Positions 9,764 through 19,122 of a stretch of 64,000 nt of DNA are shown in pieces (the stretch's first letter is position 1; each line of letters begins with the position of its first letter). The notes under the pieces are model-generated. The model was not told the DNA's origin. It searched no databases and saw nothing but the letters and a program-made list of their open reading frames with translations. The position numbers and the translations under genes were made by a program. Location of the stretch: positions 989 to 64,988 of the forward strand of contig CAUJEL010000147.1 in NCBI GenBank assembly GCA_963169875.1, written 5' to 3'. The stretch is from Candidatus Zhuqueibacterota bacterium (GTDB lineage: Bacteria > Zhuqueibacterota > Zhuqueibacteria > Residuimicrobiales > Residuimicrobiaceae).

Positions 9764-9794
9764 TTGACGCCTATCAAGATTTTGTTTATATTTG
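9764..9794 (+). promoter_or_regulatory. Consensus-like promoter (TTGACG-17 nt-TATATT; also fits a Bacteroidota-type TAnnTTTG -7 element)
   Basis: TTGACG at 9764-9769, a 17-nt spacer, TATATTTG at 9787-9794. It sits at the head of an AT-rich 660-bp gap with no annotated gene. Confidence 0.35.
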
Positions 9795-10392
9795 GCATGT
9801 ATTAGACGACACGAGCTTAAAAAGGTCTCGAATCTATGTATAAGTGCTTGATTCGCTTTAGCTTAAAAAGTGTTCCGATAAATCTCCTTCATCAACCTGT
9901 TTTCTTTGAAGATACACCAACCCGTCTGTCCATGATACGAGAGAGCATAAACATTTCAATGCTCTTGCCCATTAAAACGAATTTAAATAACCGTATGAAC
10001 CTATTTTAGCGAAAGAAAGTGAAGGCGGATTTGTCTTTGCCTGTACTTTTTATCATAGGTATTAGAGTGTTATATTTATTTGTTGTCCCTTTTTGGTGCT
10101 TGTGCTCGTGTTTCCGTCCGTATGTGTTCTATATATAAAATAAGAAAAAAACCTTGACTTCCAACTGCACGATCATGTGGGATTTGTGGTGGAAGGCGGG
10201 AGCTGTTGAATAAATGCCTGCATGATGGTGCAGGGTTTGGCAGAAGTGATCAAAATCCAAATACAGAAACAATAAAACAACAGCAACTCACTAAACAACT
10301 CATTATACGCAATGGGAGGTGATTTGTTTCAAAGCAAGTGGCACACAATCAACCTAAACCTCATCGGTAGGTGAAAGTACAAAGGAGAGTGC

Positions 10393-11163
10393 ATGAATAT
10401 GAAGACCAAACAAAGAACCACCTTCTTACTGATTGGAGCGTTTTTGCTCATTATCGCTCTGCTTTCAAGCTGTGTGGACGTTCCATCGGAAGGTCCGACG
10501 CCTCCAGGCTTGCAAGCAGAGTACCGGATCATCCACGCCGCCACTGACATGAATCAAGTGGGCGTGACGGTGGATGGCAAAGCGCTCGGCAATCTCGCTT
10601 TCAAAGGCGTAATTCCTCATCAGGAGTACACGTCTGGCACCAAAAATCTCGTTCTCTCCAATGGAGAAGAAGTCATCGTCTCCATGTCCACTGATTACCG
10701 TGGCAGTTTTATTCTATTGAACGCTGAGGGCGATCCTCTGCAGCGCACCTACCTGAAGCTGCAGGAGCGCCGCATGTTCGATAACGCCGCGTTCTCTGAA
10801 GAGGTAAAATGGTATCATCAGTCCTGGGTTGATGGCGTTGCGGTTCATGACACCGTCAGCCTCAAGGCCGGTGCGGTTCGCCCGGTGCATTGTTCACCGG
10901 ATGCCGGCAGCGTGGATATTGTCTTTGTATCCCAAAACCCCGATCTGCTCGATCAAATCGGCTGGGGTGGCGTGGGCTACCGCGTTCAGGGCACTTATGC
11001 CAAACTTCCCGTCGGCACCTGGGATATGACCGTTTACAAGGCGGGCACGGAAGAAGCCGTGTATACCACGCCTGTGTATCTTGGCAATATTCGCACCACG
11101 GTCCTCATTGTGGGCAGTTTCGCCAATGGCACGCTCACCGCGCTGGTACTACAAGACAATTAA
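10393..11163 (+). CDS. Lipoprotein, DUF4397-like
   Basis: AAAGGAGAG ribosome-binding site. Lipobox (LLSSC). Repeated beta-rich modules with H-A/S-xxD signatures (YRIIHAATDMNQVGVTVDG; RPVHCSPDAGSVDIVFV) as recalled for DUF4397. Confidence 0.55.
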   Translation: MNMKTKQRTTFLLIGAFLLIIALLSSCVDVPSEGPTPPGLQAEYRIIHAATDMNQVGVTVDGKALGNLAFKGVIPHQEYTSGTKNLVLSNGEEVIVSMSTDYRGSFILLNAEGDPLQRTYLKLQERRMFDNAAFSEEVKWYHQSWVDGVAVHDTVSLKAGAVRPVHCSPDAGSVDIVFVSQNPDLLDQIGWGGVGYRVQGTYAKLPVGTWDMTVYKAGTEEAVYTTPVYLGNIRTTVLIVGSFANGTLTALVLQDN

Positions 11164-11218
11164 TGATCTGGATACGATGCCTTTTATCGTATAGTGTGTT
11201 TAAGACGGAGGCTATTCT

Positions 11219-14215
11219 ATGAAATTTAAATTCGTATTTGCCCTCATCTGCACTCTGCTGCTGCCTGCTCTGCTGTTCGGAGCAGACACAGGCAAGATTA
11301 CTGGTAAAGTAGTCGACAAAGAGACCGGTGAAGGCTTGCCTGGCGCGAACGTCCTGGTCGTGGGCACCTCCATGGGTGCTGTCACCGATGTGAACGGCAG
11401 CTATCTGATGCTGAACGTTCCGGCCGGTGTCTACTCCCTCCGCGCCTCTTTTGTTGGCTATCGCACGGTTACGATCACAAATATCGGCGTCAACGGCGAC
11501 TTGACCACGACGACGAATTTTGATCTGCCCAGCCAGGCGGTGGATGCCGGTGACATCACCATCGTGGCCGAACGCCCCCTGGTGATGAAAAGCGCCACCA
11601 ATGCCGTGCGCATTGAACGTTTCGAAGATTTTAAAAACATCCCCGCGCGCAACATCAACGCCATCGTCTCTCTGCAGCCCGGCGTGGTCACGCGCGATAA
11701 CCAAATTTACATCCGCGGCGGCCGCTCCGAGGAAATCGGCTACATGCTCGAAGGCGCCAGCACCCGCGACGTCATGAACGGCAATAACCTGGTCACCATC
11801 ATTCCGGACGCTCTGGAAGAGTTCCAGGTTCAGGCCGGCGGTTACAACGCCGAATTCGGCGGCGCCAATGCCGGTATCGTCCGCTCCAGCTTGCGTTCGG
11901 GCACGCCGGATTACCGTTTCACCCTGTCGGCTGAATCCGACAATTTTGCCAAACCCGGCGAAAAATTCCTGGGCACCTCTTCCTTCGGCTACAGCGATTA
12001 TACCGCCACCGCCTCCGGACCGGTTCCCTATACCAACAAAAAGTTGAAATTCTTCCTGGCCGGCCAGAACACCTTCTGGGCCGATGATAATCCGCATTAC
12101 TGGAAGGGATTTGAATTCAATCATGCGCCGACGTTTGTCGACCTGAACAACTTCCCATTGGTCACGACCAGTTTCAATGAAGTCATCACCAAGCCCATCA
12201 AGACGCTGGACAACTGGAACAATGAGAACAACCGCAACACCTTCCTGGGCGCCGGAACCCTGGTTTACGACGCGTCCAAGTTCCGTCTGCGCTTCGCCAG
12301 CAACCTGTCGTACACCAAATTCCAGAATAACGCCGACGTGCTGTCGCCCAACAACGGCACCATCGAACTGCTCAATCTGGAACGCATCGGCCTGACCGAA
12401 CAGAGCACAGGCCTGTACACCCTGAAGGCGACGCACATTGTCAATCCGCGCACCTATCATGAACTGAGTTTTGATTATTTCGATTACCGCACCAAAAATT
12501 ACGATCCCATTTTCAAGGATGATTTCTACAAGTATGCCGACTCGCTGGCCAATGCCGCGGTGGGCATCACCTACAAGAAATGGTCCACCGCCAATGTCGG
12601 CAACACCGTTGATCTCTATGGCTTCAATTTTGAACCGACTGGAACGCCGGACGGCTATGGCAAGGCCAAACGTAACTACATGAGCGCCAAATACGATTTC
12701 ACCACGCAGTACAAGAACCATGAAATCAAGTTCGGCGGTGATGTCCAACGCTGGAGCATACGCACCTTTGGCGCTGCGCCATTCCCCATGTTCACCAACC
12801 GTCTCAACAGCCCCGATCTCTACGCCGGTGCGCTGGCGGGCGACCTGGCTGACTATGGCACGCTCATGGTCTCCACCGCTCAGACCGGCTACGGCTATGA
12901 CATGTGGGGCAACGAAATCGATGACAACATCAACGGTCTCGATGGCCCGAAACACCCGGTGTACGGTGCTTTTTACATCCAGGACAAATTCGAAGCCAAG
13001 CAGCTGGTGATCAATGCCGGCGTGCGCGTCGATTACATCGACAACGATGATTTCACCTTCGAAGATGCGCTCAATCCCGCCTGGGACAAGACCAACCACA
13101 CCCTGATCGCCGATGAAGTCATCGAAAAGAAGGGCAAGATGTACGTGAGCCCGCGTCTGGGCCTGGCGTTCCCGGCCACCGACCGCACCGTCTTCCACGT
13201 GCAGTTCGGCAAGTTCATCCAGGCGCCGCGCCTCGATCAACTCTATTTTAACATGAGATGGTATGACATGGTTTTCCAGGGCGGAAACTTTTTCACAACT
13301 CCTCCGGGTTTTGGACTGGAACCACAGCAAACCACCCAGTATGAGATCGGTTTCAACCAGCAGTTCGCTGACAACGCCTCCTTTGACATCACGGTTTTCT
13401 ACAAGGACATTCAGGATTGGATCACGACCAGCCGTTATCAGGGCGGTCCGACCGACGCCATCGCTTACTACAATGTCCTCGTCAATGGCGACTTTGCCAC
13501 CACCAAGGGCATCGAGTTTGCGATGACGCTGCGCCGCACCAACCGCATCGCCGGTCAGGTGAATTACACCTATTCGGCGGCCCTCGGCACCGGTTCCGTC
13601 TCCGGCTCTTCCATTGCCGGCACCGAACAGGGCACGAACGTTCCCACTATCATCAGCCCGCTCGATTTCAACCGTCCGCACGTCGGCTCGGTTAATTTCG
13701 ATTACCGTTTTGGCAAGGATGATGGCGGCGCGATTCTCGAACAACTCGGTCTGAACCTCCTCTTCAAATTCCAGAGCGGCCATCCCTACACCCTGCGCGA
13801 AGGCGCCTTTGGCCAGCAGGACGCGAGCGACGGCGGCGAAATCGGCGACACCCGTAACCGCAACCCGCTCGAATCGGTCAACAGCTCGATGACCCCCTGG
13901 AACTATACCATTGATTTGCGCCTCGACAAAACGTTTGATCTCGGCCCGGTCGCGGCAAATCTGTATGTCTATGCCATGAACCTGACCGACAAACGCAATG
14001 TTGAGAACGTTTATATGCGTACCGGCAATGCCTGGGATGACGGTTTCAAGGCCGATACCAAAACCAGCGCTTCCACTGCAGCTGCTAATGGCGGTGAGAA
14101 ATTCTGGGCCTTATACGACGCCATCAACCTCTCCGGCAACGGCGCCAATGCGCTTTCGGGACGTCTGTTTGGCGTGCCGCGCCAAATCCGCGCCGGCATT
14201 CGCCTGGAATTCTAA
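11219..14215 (+). CDS. TonB-dependent outer-membrane receptor with N-terminal carboxypeptidase-regulatory-like domain (SusC-like architecture; no SusD partner)
   Basis: Signal peptide. CarboxypepD_reg-like N-domain (GKITGKVVDKETGEGLPGANVLV…DVNGSYLMLNVPAGVYSL). Plug region (…IERFEDFKNIP…YIRGGR). Barrel ending in the C-terminal aromatic …IRLEF. Confidence 0.9.
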   Translation: MKFKFVFALICTLLLPALLFGADTGKITGKVVDKETGEGLPGANVLVVGTSMGAVTDVNGSYLMLNVPAGVYSLRASFVGYRTVTITNIGVNGDLTTTTNFDLPSQAVDAGDITIVAERPLVMKSATNAVRIERFEDFKNIPARNINAIVSLQPGVVTRDNQIYIRGGRSEEIGYMLEGASTRDVMNGNNLVTIIPDALEEFQVQAGGYNAEFGGANAGIVRSSLRSGTPDYRFTLSAESDNFAKPGEKFLGTSSFGYSDYTATASGPVPYTNKKLKFFLAGQNTFWADDNPHYWKGFEFNHAPTFVDLNNFPLVTTSFNEVITKPIKTLDNWNNENNRNTFLGAGTLVYDASKFRLRFASNLSYTKFQNNADVLSPNNGTIELLNLERIGLTEQSTGLYTLKATHIVNPRTYHELSFDYFDYRTKNYDPIFKDDFYKYADSLANAAVGITYKKWSTANVGNTVDLYGFNFEPTGTPDGYGKAKRNYMSAKYDFTTQYKNHEIKFGGDVQRWSIRTFGAAPFPMFTNRLNSPDLYAGALAGDLADYGTLMVSTAQTGYGYDMWGNEIDDNINGLDGPKHPVYGAFYIQDKFEAKQLVINAGVRVDYIDNDDFTFEDALNPAWDKTNHTLIADEVIEKKGKMYVSPRLGLAFPATDRTVFHVQFGKFIQAPRLDQLYFNMRWYDMVFQGGNFFTTPPGFGLEPQQTTQYEIGFNQQFADNASFDITVFYKDIQDWITTSRYQGGPTDAIAYYNVLVNGDFATTKGIEFAMTLRRTNRIAGQVNYTYSAALGTGSVSGSSIAGTEQGTNVPTIISPLDFNRPHVGSVNFDYRFGKDDGGAILEQLGLNLLFKFQSGHPYTLREGAFGQQDASDGGEIGDTRNRNPLESVNSSMTPWNYTIDLRLDKTFDLGPVAANLYVYAMNLTDKRNVENVYMRTGNAWDDGFKADTKTSASTAAANGGEKFWALYDAINLSGNGANALSGRLFGVPRQIRAGIRLEF

Positions 14216-14324
14216 TTTCTTGTGGAATTTCAGCGATATCACTGCGATGATCGTTGTCGCAGGATTGGATTGATTTGAAGCGGTTAAGACCCATGAAAAG
14301 TAATTGTACTCACGGAGGTCACGA

Positions 14325-17300
14325 ATGAAAAAACTAGTAATCCTTCTTCTCATCCTCAGCGTGTGCTGGTTTGTGCAAACAACACCCAGCTATGCGAAGA
14401 TTGAGGGGAGAAGTTTGCCGGCAGCGTCCTTGAACAAAGCCAGCTCCGACTATATGAACCGTACGCTGGTGAACATCGGCAATGTCGCCCTGTGGATATG
14501 GTCTGATGGAATGTCAGCCAATCAGCCCAATGGTAACTCGGGTTTGTTCTATCCGCGTGGCAGCACTCCCTCGACCGCAGTTATCTATCAGGATGGATTC
14601 ATTTTTGGTGGTGAGGTGAATGACGGTGTAGAACCGGTCATTCGCGTCGGTGGACAAGCCTATAGCATCGGTACGGTCCCGGGCGCCATTCTCTCCAAAG
14701 GCGTGGCAGAAAATCTCGACGATTCTAAAAATGTCGATCGCCTCTGGCGCGTGCGCCGCGATTTTGCCGTAGCCACGGATGATGCGTTGCGTCTCGATGC
14801 CGCTGAAATCTACAGCATCAACGCCGCTGATGTCACACCCGGGCAGATCTCGCAGATTCGCGCGACCTACAAAGCCGACTGGATCGATTGGCCGGCCTAC
14901 AAGGGCGCACCTTTCTATGATGCCGATGGCGATGGCAAATATACCCCGCAATTCAATGCCGATGGCAGCCCGAAAGTCTATCCGCAAGCGGATGAACCGG
15001 GCTATGCCGATGGCGACCAGGTGGTCTGGCTCGTGGTCAACGATCTCACCGAATCCGCAACCACGGGTTTATACGGCTCGCCCCCGGTAGGTGTCGAACT
15101 CCAGACTACCCTGTGGGCATACAAACGCGCCGATGCCATGGGCAATATCATTTTCAAACAATTCCGCATGATCTATAAAGGCCGCGCCGAGACGCCCGCC
15201 AATGCCACCATTGATAATCTCTATGTTTGCCAATGGTCGGATCCGGACTTGGGCGAAGCCGGCGATGACTTTGCGGCTTGCGATACCACATTGAGCCTCG
15301 GCTACTGCTATAACGCCTCTTCCGTGGACGCCACGTACTCCCAGGCCGGTTATCCGCCTCCCGCGGGCGGATACGACTTTTTCGCCGGCCCGCTGGTGGA
15401 TGCGCCCGGTGAGACGGGTATTTTCGGTTTGAAGCCCGTCGCCGACAAGAAGAACCTGGGCATGACCTCCTTTGCCTTCTTTGCCGCTGGCCAGGAAGAC
15501 TCGGATCCTACCCAACGTAACTATAACGGCACCCTGCAGTGGTGGAACCTGCTGCGCGGTTACAAACCGCGTCCGCAGCATCCGGAAGGCACCCCCTGGA
15601 CCAACCCGCAGACCGGCGAACGCACCATGTACCGCGTCCCCGGCGATCCGGTGGCTGGAACCGGCTGGAATGATGCCAACCCCGGCGACCGCCGTATTCT
15701 GCTGGTCTCCGGTCCGACAGGCATCGCTTTCGGTGACACCGTCGAAACCGTTGTCGCTGTTGTCGGTGGTATGGGCGCTGACCGTCTCTCTTCGGTCTCG
15801 GTGCTCAAGTTCTACGACCGTTTTGCCCAGAACGCCTTTGACGTGCTCTTCGACCTGCCCAAGGCGCCGCCCTCTCCGCCGCTCACCGCGACCGAACTGG
15901 ACGGCGAAATTTTCCTCAACTGGGGCAACGATGCCGCAAAAGTGGCTGAAGTCGAAAACTTTAACAAAAAAGGTTATGCGTTCGAAGGCTACAATCTCTA
16001 TCAGCTGCCCAACGCAGGCGCCACGCCGGCCCAGGGCATCAAGCTGGCCACCTACGACGTAGCCAACGAAGTCACCACCGTTGTTCAAGAAGATTTTGAT
16101 GCAACGTCTGGTATGGTACTGGTGAAGCCGGTGCAGATCGGCAAAAACAGCGGTATCAAACGCACCTACACCATCGATCGCGATTATTTCCGCGATATGC
16201 CGCTGGCCAACGGCCGCACCTATTATTTCGCGGTCACGGCTTATAACTACAACCCGACCCCGGGCCTGACCACCACGTCTCTGGAAAGCCCGCCGACGGT
16301 TGTCACCGTCATTCCGCAATCCCTGAAACCCGGCGTCCGGATCTCTACGGTAACCGGCGATACCATCAAAACCGTGGTTCATGAAGGCGGCAGCGATGGT
16401 AATGTCGTGGTTCTGGTCACCGATCCGACCCGCGTCACAGGTGATGCATATAAAGTCATTTTCAACGCACCTCCTGGCGACGATCAGACCTGGACGGTCA
16501 TCAACACCACCAAGGGCGACACGGTGCTCAAGAATCAGCTCAACCAGACCGGTGATGAAAATTATCTCAACGTCGATGGTTTGACGCTGGTTGTCACCGG
16601 CGCTCCCTTGAATTTCAAGGACTTTTTGGTGGTCGCCAATGCCAATGGTCCGCTGGATCCCCCCGAATACGGCGCCCTGGCCTGGAATGCGAGCGGTTTC
16701 CCGCATCCGACCACGGCCGATCGTCCCGATGGCAACCGTCAGACGGCTGGACCGGGACTCTGGGCCATCCATACGGCGGACAATGGTTCTCGCGCTTCTT
16801 ACGCGGCCTTCCTCTCGCGCGTCACGCGCGATGGCGGCAACTGGGGCATGATCGTGCCTTACGATTGGGAAATTCGTTTCACCGCAGCCGGTGGATACGG
16901 ATTCGAACCCAATGCCTTTGTCACCGGTGATTATTTTGGCGGCACCGCCATCAAGGTTCCGTTCGAGATCTGGCGCGTAGGCGATGTTCGCGTCAACGAT
17001 ACCAGCGATGATGTCCGCTGCATTCCTTATATCATCGATAACCAGGGTGATGGCATCTTTAATTATGCCGGTGACGATCATAGCATTTCCGGCGCCGACA
17101 ATGATCCTTTCACGGACTGGATTTATATCGAAGTGCCCGATGCCGGCAATCCCGGAGACGGTGATTACAAGACTTGGGAAGCCAAGATATTGTCCAACCC
17201 GGCGGGTTATCAGTACCTGGAAGATTGCACCGAAGCCATGGCGCGTCTGGTTTTTGTCAACGCCAACGGCGGCAGTGTTTCAGATCCTACCTTCCCGGCC

Positions 17301-17756
17301 AATGTCAACGTGGCTTTGCCGGAGACAGGCATGATCTTCCAGATGATATCGACCAAGCCCAACACCATGAGTGATGTGTTCACTTTCACCACATCCGGGT
17401 ATCAGCCCACGGTCAGCAAAGACAATGCCATGAAAGACATCGAGAAAATCAATGTCTTCCCGAATCCCTATTATGGATTCAACATTGTCGAGAAAAACCC
17501 GTTCAGCCGTTTCGTGACCTTCAACCATCTGCCCGCCCAGGCGACGATCCGTGTCTTCTCGCTGGCCGGTGTGCTGGTGCGCACGGTTGAAAAGAACGAC
17601 GCGACCCAGTTCGCTACCTGGGATCTGCTGAATGAATCGGGTCTGCCCGTTGCCAGCGGTCTTTATCTGATCTACATCGATATGCCGGAGCTGGGCAAGA
17701 CCAAAACCTTGAAACTGGCTGTGGTTCGTGAACAACAGTTCTTGCAGATATACTAA
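14325..17756 (+). CDS. Large secreted surface protein (about 1142 aa) with T9SS C-terminal sorting domain, function unknown
   Basis: ATG at 14325 with a GGAGG ribosome-binding site. Signal peptide. The C-terminus (…VFPNPYYGFNIVEKN…IRVFSLAGVLVRTV…ASGLYLIYIDM…) matches Por_Secre_tail-like sorting domains. Confidence 0.8.
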   Translation: MKKLVILLLILSVCWFVQTTPSYAKIEGRSLPAASLNKASSDYMNRTLVNIGNVALWIWSDGMSANQPNGNSGLFYPRGSTPSTAVIYQDGFIFGGEVNDGVEPVIRVGGQAYSIGTVPGAILSKGVAENLDDSKNVDRLWRVRRDFAVATDDALRLDAAEIYSINAADVTPGQISQIRATYKADWIDWPAYKGAPFYDADGDGKYTPQFNADGSPKVYPQADEPGYADGDQVVWLVVNDLTESATTGLYGSPPVGVELQTTLWAYKRADAMGNIIFKQFRMIYKGRAETPANATIDNLYVCQWSDPDLGEAGDDFAACDTTLSLGYCYNASSVDATYSQAGYPPPAGGYDFFAGPLVDAPGETGIFGLKPVADKKNLGMTSFAFFAAGQEDSDPTQRNYNGTLQWWNLLRGYKPRPQHPEGTPWTNPQTGERTMYRVPGDPVAGTGWNDANPGDRRILLVSGPTGIAFGDTVETVVAVVGGMGADRLSSVSVLKFYDRFAQNAFDVLFDLPKAPPSPPLTATELDGEIFLNWGNDAAKVAEVENFNKKGYAFEGYNLYQLPNAGATPAQGIKLATYDVANEVTTVVQEDFDATSGMVLVKPVQIGKNSGIKRTYTIDRDYFRDMPLANGRTYYFAVTAYNYNPTPGLTTTSLESPPTVVTVIPQSLKPGVRISTVTGDTIKTVVHEGGSDGNVVVLVTDPTRVTGDAYKVIFNAPPGDDQTWTVINTTKGDTVLKNQLNQTGDENYLNVDGLTLVVTGAPLNFKDFLVVANANGPLDPPEYGALAWNASGFPHPTTADRPDGNRQTAGPGLWAIHTADNGSRASYAAFLSRVTRDGGNWGMIVPYDWEIRFTAAGGYGFEPNAFVTGDYFGGTAIKVPFEIWRVGDVRVNDTSDDVRCIPYIIDNQGDGIFNYAGDDHSISGADNDPFTDWIYIEVPDAGNPGDGDYKTWEAKILSNPAGYQYLEDCTEAMARLVFVNANGGSVSDPTFPANVNVALPETGMIFQMISTKPNTMSDVFTFTTSGYQPTVSKDNAMKDIEKINVFPNPYYGFNIVEKNPFSRFVTFNHLPAQATIRVFSLAGVLVRTVEKNDATQFATWDLLNESGLPVASGLYLIYIDMPELGKTKTLKLAVVREQQFLQIY

Positions 17757-17862
17757 ACGCCAAGACGCGCAGCGGACAGTTGCCGTTGCGCGTTGCAGGT
17801 TTCACAACCGGATAACTTTCTACGTGAGACATCTCTGCAAAAAACTTGATAGGAGATAGAGT

Positions 17863-18915
17863 ATGAAAGCTTTTTTCAATAAAGCGTTACTAGTGAGCTT
17901 GGCCATTCTGATGGTTATGACGATCCAAGCCTTCGCTGGCGCTTCCAATCGCGCAGGCACCAACGCTGCGTCCGAGTTGCTGATTCCGGTCGGCGCACGG
18001 TATATCGGCATGGGCGGCGCTTCAGCTGCCAATGTGGACGGTATCGATGCCATGTACTGGAACCCGGCGGGATTGGATCGCATGGCCTATCGCGCCAGCG
18101 CTCAATTTTCACAGATGAGCTATCTTGCTGATATCGATGTCACCTATGCGGCTGTTGCGGCCAAATTCGGCGGCCTCGGAAGCCTCGGCTTGAGCTTCAA
18201 GACGCTTGCCATCGGTGAAATCCCCATCACCACCGAGGATTTCCCGGATGGAACCGGCGCCAAATTCTCACCGTCCTTCATCACGATGGGTCTGACCTAC
18301 TCGCGCGGTCTCACCGACCGGGTTGCGGTAGGCGCCACATTAAAAATCATCTCTGAAACCCTGGATCGCGCTGGCGCCTCCGGTTTCGGTTTTGATGTCG
18401 GCGTGCAGTACAAAAACCTGGGCGACATTGAAGGCCTCAACATCGGCGTCGCCTTGAAAAACCTCGGACCGGGCATGCAATACGACGGCAATGGCCTGCT
18501 GCGCAAAGCCGATCCCGTCGATGTATCGCGCTCGACTTCTTTCTACAAAGTCGTCGCCGGTACCGACGAACTGCCCTCCACGCTGGATCTGGGATTGAGC
18601 TACACCGTGAATATCGCGGATAAAAACAAACTCAATCTGCAAACCACGATCGTCAACAATAACTATGATGACGATTACGCCAATGTGGGCGCCGAATACT
18701 CCTTCGCGGATATGGTCTATCTGCGCGGTGGTTATGGCATGCCGCTGGCCGAACGCAAGGATGTTACCGGCGCCGATGCCCATATCTACGGATTTGCGGC
18801 CGGCGGTGGTTTCAAAAAGGATTTCGGCGGACTGACCCTGATGCTCGACTATGCCTATCGTTCCGTTGAATACTTTGAATCCAATAATGTCTTTACGCTG
18901 ACGCTGGGCTTCTAA
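17863..18915 (+). CDS. Outer-membrane beta-barrel, PorV/PorP(SprF)-like, T9SS-associated
   Basis: Signal peptide. N-terminal motif …GARYIGMGGASAANVDGIDAMYWNPAGL…. Alternating beta-strand pattern. C-terminal …FTLTLGF. Lies immediately downstream of a T9SS cargo gene. Confidence 0.55.
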   Translation: MKAFFNKALLVSLAILMVMTIQAFAGASNRAGTNAASELLIPVGARYIGMGGASAANVDGIDAMYWNPAGLDRMAYRASAQFSQMSYLADIDVTYAAVAAKFGGLGSLGLSFKTLAIGEIPITTEDFPDGTGAKFSPSFITMGLTYSRGLTDRVAVGATLKIISETLDRAGASGFGFDVGVQYKNLGDIEGLNIGVALKNLGPGMQYDGNGLLRKADPVDVSRSTSFYKVVAGTDELPSTLDLGLSYTVNIADKNKLNLQTTIVNNNYDDDYANVGAEYSFADMVYLRGGYGMPLAERKDVTGADAHIYGFAAGGGFKKDFGGLTLMLDYAYRSVEYFESNNVFTLTLGF

Positions 18916-18940
18916 TCCGGCATACAGCTATTCTCTCAAA

Positions 18941-18976
18941 GAGGTTGGGGAATTTTTCCCCAACCTCTTTTTGTTT
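18941..18976 (+). terminator. Rho-independent terminator
   Basis: GAGGTTGGGG-aattttt-CCCCAACCTC followed by TTTTTGTTT. Confidence 0.65.
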
Positions 18977-19122
18977 CCGGCAGACTTGCACCGCTGTCCC
19001 GTTGACCTCAGATAAAAGCCTTGAAATTCTCCCATTTGCATCTTATATTGACAGATATTGATCAGATTATAAAACAACATGCATCAGTTTGTCTTTTTCA
19101 TGTAAAAAAAGGTGGAAAGACT

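Noticed and set aside
10147-10182. Second AAAAAAACCTTGACT promoter-like element
   Set aside because: A good -35 hexamer, but there is no acceptable -10 at 16-18 bp. I kept only the 9764 element as a feature.
11135-13783. Long antisense ORFs. This one is 882 aa opposite the TonB receptor. Others include 15069-17081 (-), 2840-3997 (-), 7516-8925 (-), 19183-20010 (-), 21370-22299 (-), 33709-34503 (-), 40145-40942 (+), 49028-50068 (+), 50852-51799 (+), 56449-57546 (+), 61445-62461 (+).
   Set aside because: These are typical stop-codon-poor antisense frames of GC-rich DNA. They overlap well-supported genes with recognisable homology on the other strand. Their translations are low-complexity and Arg/Ala/Gly-rich.
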